Shown here: positions 57,717 through 64,000 of the stretch, piece by piece
Layout of the letters: every line of letters starts with the position of its first letter
Numbering within the stretch: the stretch's first letter is position 1
NCBI GenBank assembly: GCA_043228905.1
Contig: JBHGNT010000008.1
Span: 10,726,001-10,790,000, forward strand
Length of the DNA: 64,000 nt
From: Azolla caroliniana
Taxonomy: Eukaryota > Plantae > Polypodiophyta
Direction of reading: 5' to 3'
Position numbers and translations under genes: made by a program
The notes under the pieces: generated by a model
The model's input: only the letters and a program-made list of their open reading frames with translations
What the model was told of the DNA's origin: nothing
Database searches by the model: none

Positions 57717-60598
57717 CTCTCTCATACACACACATAACTCATATCTCTTCCGCTTCACAAGAATCCATCTCTTGATTCTTTACATGGTATCAGAGTGATT
57801 TGGTAGTTCGATCTAGCCCATTCGCCTCATCGTGATCGTGTGTTGTGCTCCACGCCGACGACCAAGAACTGGCTCATCGCTATCATAGCTTCACTACATA
57901 GCTCGCATTCGAAGAGAGAAGAAGAAGAAGAAGAATCGACATAATGAATACCATGTGCGTACAATGAGCAATGAGTCAGAAGGCCACATGCTCTACACAC
58001 ACTCGAACGGAGGAAGAGGATGCAGACAAGCGAGAGGCCAATTCGGCCAAGGACAAGGTGGACGAGGTCCGATCTACGACAACAACTCCCAATTTTGGCC
58101 GCAAAACGGAAGCCAACGAGGAACCTTCACAAGAAGGGGGAGATTCCACTCCGGGCCGAGCCGTCAAAACGCAACCGAATGTGGATATTGCGGAAAGCTC
58201 GGCCATCACAAAGAAGACTGCCGAAAGAAGATGCGCAAAACGGCTTCTAAAAGCCGACAACTCACGAACTACGTGTAGAACTCTGACTACGAAGATCGTG
58301 GCGGAATGTATGCACACAACTCCGACCGTGGCGGAATGTTCATGATGAAACATAGAGCAAACTCTATGACGGCCTCTACCTCGACTAGTGCCTCCGGTCC
58401 AGAAGACATATGGTTCGTCGATTCCGGGGCCTCGAACCATATGACATCGCATCAAGAATGGTTCCGAGAACTTCGAGAGCCGAACCGACCCGGCTATGTC
58501 GAAACCGGAGACAACACTACGCACCCGATTCGGCACATCGGCAATGTTCCATTCGAAAAAGAAGGTAAGCAAAATTACATTAAAAATGTCTTGCATGTAC
58601 CGACCATTACGAAGAATTTGGTCTCCGTTGGCCAAATTGTAGAGCAAGGGATGCAAGTTCTATTTAATCAAGGTGGTTGCTTCATAGAAAAAGAGGGCCC
58701 ACTCATCGTACAACGGACGAAGAGAGGGTCGAATGTTCATTCTCGACTTAGACGAGACGATATCGGCCATGTTCGCAAAGGGCATGAAAGCTGACTCCGA
58801 CATAGAGTTATGGCACAAGCGGATTGGCCATATAAATCTCCAAAAGCTCAAAGCAATGAAATCGAAAGGAGTCGTCATCGGACTCCCAACATTCAAAGAG
58901 AAGGAGATTGAAGGTGTGTGCAAAGCATGCCAATTCGGCAAGCAACACTGACACCCATTCCCGAAAGAGTGGAACGTGAGCAAAGGTCTACTTGACGTAG
59001 TCCATTCCGACATATGGGGACCGGCGCAGATGGCTACATTCGGCGGATGCCGATATTACGTGCTCTTCATCGACGACTTCTCCAGGCACACATGGATCTA
59101 CCCGATGCGGCAAAAGAGCGAAGTGTACAGACAGTTCCAAAAATTCAAGAATGAAGTCGAGAAAGCCACGGGCCGACATGTACGATGTCTTCGATCGGAT
59201 GGCAGCAAGGAGTACTTCTCGGACGATTTCACGGCGTATCTCTGAAAGAAAGGAATTCAGCGAGAATTCACTTGCTGATACACTCTGCAACAAAACGGAG
59301 TGGCCGAGCGCAAAAATCGGCACATCCTCAAAGTAGTGCGGGCCATCATGAACGAGAAGCATATGCCCAAGTCATATTGGGCCGAAGCTGCAAATACGGC
59401 CATCTACCTAATGAACCGGTGCACAACATCCGGCGTGCACAAGGTCACTCCGCACGAAAAATACCTTGGAAAGAAGCCGGACTTATCGCACATCCGGATA
59501 TTCGGCGAGATAGTGTACGTGCACATCTCCGACGAGAAGCGTCAAAAGCTTGACCCGAAGTCGAAGAAATGTATCCTTGTAGGATACTCATTGGAGCAAA
59601 AGGGGTACAAGTGCTACAACCCCTCAACTCGAAAATCTCGAGTGAGTCGAGACATCATTTTTGACGAGTTTGCATACTGGTACGCACCAGAGACAACTTC
59701 GACTCCGACTTCGCTAGACCTAAAATCCGCCGAACAAGAGATAGAGGATGAAGATCGCCTTACGTGAATGTTCAAAGAAAGTTCGATCACGACCCGAATG
59801 AGCGGACCACAAGAGCCTTTGAGCGATCAAAACACATCACAGCCTAGCCCGAAGATGGACAAAGGCAAGGCGAAAATGGCGGAATACGTAGACGATCACT
59901 TCGACGACGATGAGTCGACTCACTCACTCAACAGTAAGTTCGGCGGTTTCGAGGTACCAATCGGAGGTAAGAAAGCCCTCATCTCTGCAAATGAAAAGCT
60001 TCGCCGATCCATCCGTGAGAAGAACCCCGTAAGCCGATTCGGCTACAATGAATATATGGTGTACCATTACGCCTTTATGATGAAGGTAGCGACAGTACGG
60101 GAGCCGGAAACCTTTTCTGAATACGCGAAGTGACGGGAACTACAACGTTCCTTATGCACAACACTCGGCCACAATCGAGCTTAGAATCATCAACAGAAAA
60201 CGGGAAATACACGCACGACACAAAGAGGAGACGAGTACACAGGGTGTTTACGTGGAAAACCCAAACAGGGAAAAACCACGGCAGCCCACAGGCTGCAAAC
60301 TATCACTATATTAGTATGTACAACAGTGAGTTCATGAAGGCAACGACCTCGTGCTCACGATCTTCGCCACAAGCGGCAGTTACAACAGAGGCAACGACCT
60401 CTTTCTCTCTCTCTCTCTCTCTCTCTGTACACGGTTACACGCTGTCTCTCTCCTTGCACCAACAAGAATGACAACAACATTCTAAAAGTTTGCCCTAGGT
60501 CATATTTATACTAATATGACTTTTCGGCTATTTACAAATATAGCCATGATGGACTCTCATAAACATATTTACTAATATGTCTCTTCATCGGTGAGCAC

Positions 60599-60748
60599 TC
60601 CTCACCGGGTCTGCACCATCCGGCTCTCCGTAGCCGGGTACTCCTTATCCGGTCCTCACCGGGTTTGCGCCATCCAGCTCGTACTCCTCATCCGGTCCTC
60701 ACCGGGTCTGCGCCATCCGGCTCTCCGTAGCCGGGTACTCCTCATACG
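60599..60748. repeat. Three tandem ~53-bp CCGG-rich units in the U3 of LTR L
   Basis: TCCTCACCGGGTCTGCGCCATCCGGCTCTCCGTAGCCGGGTACTCCTCATCCGG repeated; the middle unit is internally shortened. Confidence 0.9.
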
Positions 60749-60813
60749 GTTTCGGCACTGTTCTTCTCCCTTCCCATTCGGAGGGACCTGTCTCCCAACA
60801 AACTCCCCCTTCA

Positions 60814-62769
60814 CTACGGCATGGGGTGTCTTACTAGTCTGATCCTCTTCCGGCATGCATCCAGCTTGTCGAGTATCAGCACTTTGGTCAGCATATCTGA
60901 CCCATTCTCCGCCATGTGGATCTTCGTCAGTGCGAATTCCCGATCATCTACTCTTTCCCAGATCCAGTGATATCTTCGCTGGATATGCTTCGTCCGGGAA
61001 TGGTAGGCCGCATTCTTAGCAAGGTGGATGGCACTTTGACTGTCGCAATAGAGTCGGTATTCATCTTGTCGGATACCGAGCTCTCCGATGAAGTCCTTCA
61101 TCCATAATATTTCCTTGCCGACTTCCACAGCCGCCATGTACTCCGCCTCCGTGGTTGACAATGCAACCGTCTTCTGCAGCCTTGACTGCCATGAAACAGC
61201 TCCCCCTGCATATGTCATTACATACCCGGATGTAGACCGGCTGGTTTCCACATCAGCCGACATGTCCGAATCGGTAAAACCGTCAAGTTGAGGTTTTCCA
61301 AAGCCGAATCGGAGACACATATTTGAAGTGCCCTTCAAATACCAGAGTATCCATTTGACTACGTTCCAGTGCTCCTTGCCGGGATTGCTCATAAACCGGC
61401 TCACCACTCCGACTGCGTATCCTATATCCGGTTGGGTACAAACCATTGCGTACATCAAGCTCCCAACGGTAGAGGCATATGGAATCTTCATCATATCCGC
61501 CTTCTCTGCTTTCGTCTTCGGACTTTGCTTACCGGATAACTTGCAGTTTGCCAGAAGTGTCGATCCGACCGGTTTCGCATCTGACATGTTGAACCGGTGA
61601 AGCACCTTTGTCACGTACTTCTCCTGTGATAGCCATAATTGCTTCGCTGACCGGTTCCGGATAATATGCTTCCCCAGCATCTGTCTTGCCGGACCCAAGT
61701 CTTTCATTGAGAAGGTCCGGTTGAGGGCCTTCTTCAGCATCCGTATTTTAACTTGGTCCCGACCGACGATCAACATGTCGTCCACGTACAGAAGGAGTAT
61801 CAGAAAGTCTCCTCCTTCGAACTTCTTCACAAACACGCAGTGATCGGCCTGTGTCTTGTGGTACCCTTGATCGGTCATGAAGGAATCGAACTTCCGGTAC
61901 CATTGTCGGGGGGCCTGCTTCAACCCGTAGAGGCTCTTCTTCAACCGGCATACCAGGTGCTGCTTCCCTTTCTTCACGAATCCTTCCGGTTGCTGCATGT
62001 AGATCTCCTCTTCGAGGTCGCCGTGAAGGAATGCCGTCTTCACGTCCAGCTGCTCTACCTCGAGGTCCATGCTTGCCGCTATACTCAGCACCGTCCGGAT
62101 GGAGGTCATCTTTACTACCGGGGCAAATATCTCATCGAAGTCCACGCCCTTCTTCTGCTGGAACCCCTTCACCACGATCCTAGCTTTGTATCTCGGGGGG
62201 TTGCCGGCATCTCCCGGTTTCAACTTGTACACCCACTTATTTCGGAGTGCCCGCTTTCCTTTTGGCAACTCCACCAATTCGTATGTATGGTTCTCATGCA
62301 AGGAATCCATCTCATCTTGGATGGCACTTAACCATTTTCGGTTGTGGGTGTCATCCTTTGCTTCTTCGAAGCTTTCCGGCTCCCCCTCATCAGTCAGCAG
62401 AACATGCTTTGCATCCGGAAATCTCCGGGGGGCCCTTCTCTCTCTAAGAGGATATCTCCGTCTTCGGGCTTCGGTAACCGGCTCCTCCATTTGCTCTTCA
62501 TCCGAATCTGTTTCGGGATCTTGGTCGGTTCCGGTTTCAGCTTCCTCTACTCCTTCTTCTGCCGGTCCGGTATCCTCACCGTAACCGGCTGGTTCTTCGA
62601 GTGCTAACCGGTCTCTTGCCGGTTGGGTCTTCTCATCATAGAGTCTATCCTTACCGGTCGACTCGGAGTGCATTATCTTCTTCTCCGACTCCCAGTCGGC
62701 GAGCGTCTTGTCCTCCATGAAGATAATATCTCGACTCCGGAATACCTTCTTGTCGACCAGGTCCCACAC
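60814..62769 (-). pseudogene. RT-RNase H portion of element L pol (651 open codons; frameshifted upstream)
   Basis: YKARIVVKGF, QLDVKTAFLHG, LLYVDDML, FTDSDMS, STTEAEY. Confidence 0.9.
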
Positions 62770-64000
62770 TCGGTAGCCGAACTCATCGTCACCGTAACCG
62801 AGGAATATCCATGGCTAGTTCTTTGGATCTAACTTTCCTCTCCAGTCCTTAGCTACATGCACGTACGCGAGACACCCGAACACCTTCAGATGCCGGTAGG
62901 ACTCTTCCTTATCGGTCCATACTCTTTGTGGCGTGTCTCCGTCCAAGGGTACTGAGGGTGATCTGTTTATCACGTATGTCGCCATCAACAGTGCCTCAGC
63001 CCAAAACTTCTTGGGTAGTTTTGCATGCGCTAACATACTCCAGACCCTCTCCATTATGGTTCGGTTCATTCTCTCGGCCAGTCCGTTTAGTTCCGACGTC
63101 TTTGGCATGGTAAATTCGAGCCGGATTCCCTTCGAGCGACAGTACTCCTCGAACTGCCCCCGATATTCACCTCCGTTATCTGCTCGAACCGCCTTCAGCT
63201 TCCGGCCGGTTTCTCTTTCCAGTCTCGCGTGGAGCTCTTTGAAAACGGATAGCACCTGATCCTTCGTCTTCAACGGTGTGGCCCACAGCTTTCGGTTGTG
63301 GTCATCTATGAATGTCACGAAGTACTGCACTCCGGAATGTGACTTCGTGTCTACTTGACACACATCCGTATGCACCAACTCTATTGGTGCATTACGTCTC
63401 ATCAGTGGCCTTGGTCGGAAGGAGGTCTAGTTCTGTTAACCGGCCAGACAATCAGTGCACTTCTCTAAGTGCACGTTCTTCACTGGAATGAGTTTGTCGT
63501 CTGCAAGCCTCTTCATCCCCTTCTCGCTCATATGACACAGCCTCTTGTGCCACAGTTCACTTCTTCCGGACATAACCGGGCATTCATCAGGTACAATGTG
63601 TTTACCTTCCAGGCCCGAGCCACAATCAGGCTCCCTTTGCTGAACTTCATGACACCGTTCCGGATGCTACCCGTGTAGCCCTCATCATCTAGCCGACCGG
63701 CTGATATCAGGTTCAGTCGAACCTCCGAAACGTGTCGAACATCCTTTAGCAGCAACTTGCATCCGGTTGGTGTCGAGAACCACACGTCTCCTATGCCGAC
63801 AATTCGGCATGTTCCTTCATTCCCCATCCGGACACAGCCGTGATCACCGGCTGAGTAGGATGAGAAGCATTTCCGGTCCGGGGTAAGGTGGAACGACGCT
63901 CCGGAGTCTACCACCCAGGTCATCTCGTCGCCGGCAAGGTTTATCTCACTCTCCTCGGTAATGAGCATCAACTCTTCTTCACTTGTCGCGATTTCCGTCG

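Larger units (their letters stand above)
55619..60130 (+). mobile_element. Copia element G2: LTR 55619-57784 (split by a LINE), PBS 57785-57796, gag-deleted, PR, INT; cut by element L
   Basis: LTR halves align to the G1 LTR; TGGTATCAGAGT; WFVDSGASNHMT; ELWHKRIGH...CKAC; stops. Confidence 0.92.
60131..64000 (-). mobile_element. Copia element L (same family as A and D), running off the window; 3' LTR 60131-60800
   Basis: TG..CA 670-bp LTR; PPT GTGAAGGGGGAG at 60803-60814; PR WVVDSGASFH, INT, RT (YVDDML), RH; frameshifts near 62815 and 63555. Confidence 0.95.

Noticed and set aside
60100-60130. G2 and C both end near the EPETFSE motif (compare about 15970), suggesting a hotspot
   Set aside because: Different causes (insertion of L versus truncation), and H is intact there; likely coincidence.

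Overview
Plant nuclear DNA. The transposon repertoire suggests a non-seed vascular plant such as a fern, which is inference only. Bases 1-4319 hold the 3' eight exons of an intact DXS (1-deoxy-D-xylulose-5-phosphate synthase) gene: GT-AG introns, 615 codons plus stop, 5' end outside the window. From about 5860 to the end of the window lies one continuous block of nested retrotransposons. It contains about a dozen mostly decayed Ty1/copia copies, two solo LTRs with target-site duplications (TSDs), a young near-intact non-chromoviral Ty3/gypsy element (44109-53489), a second, fungal-looking gypsy relic, a 5'-truncated RTEX-like LINE and an L1 ORF1 relic. The most unusual object is the young gypsy element. 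It has no polypurine tract (PPT) next to its 3' LTR. That position instead holds a tRNA-Arg-like 3' end (T-stem plus CCA) complementary to the element's own primer-binding site (PBS). It also carries a large extra sense ORF after pol, with a conserved diverged paralog elsewhere in the window, and a Gag with three zinc knuckles around a Q/N-rich region. All coordinates and mismatch counts were read by hand. Family and tRNA assignments come from motif recall, not database searches.
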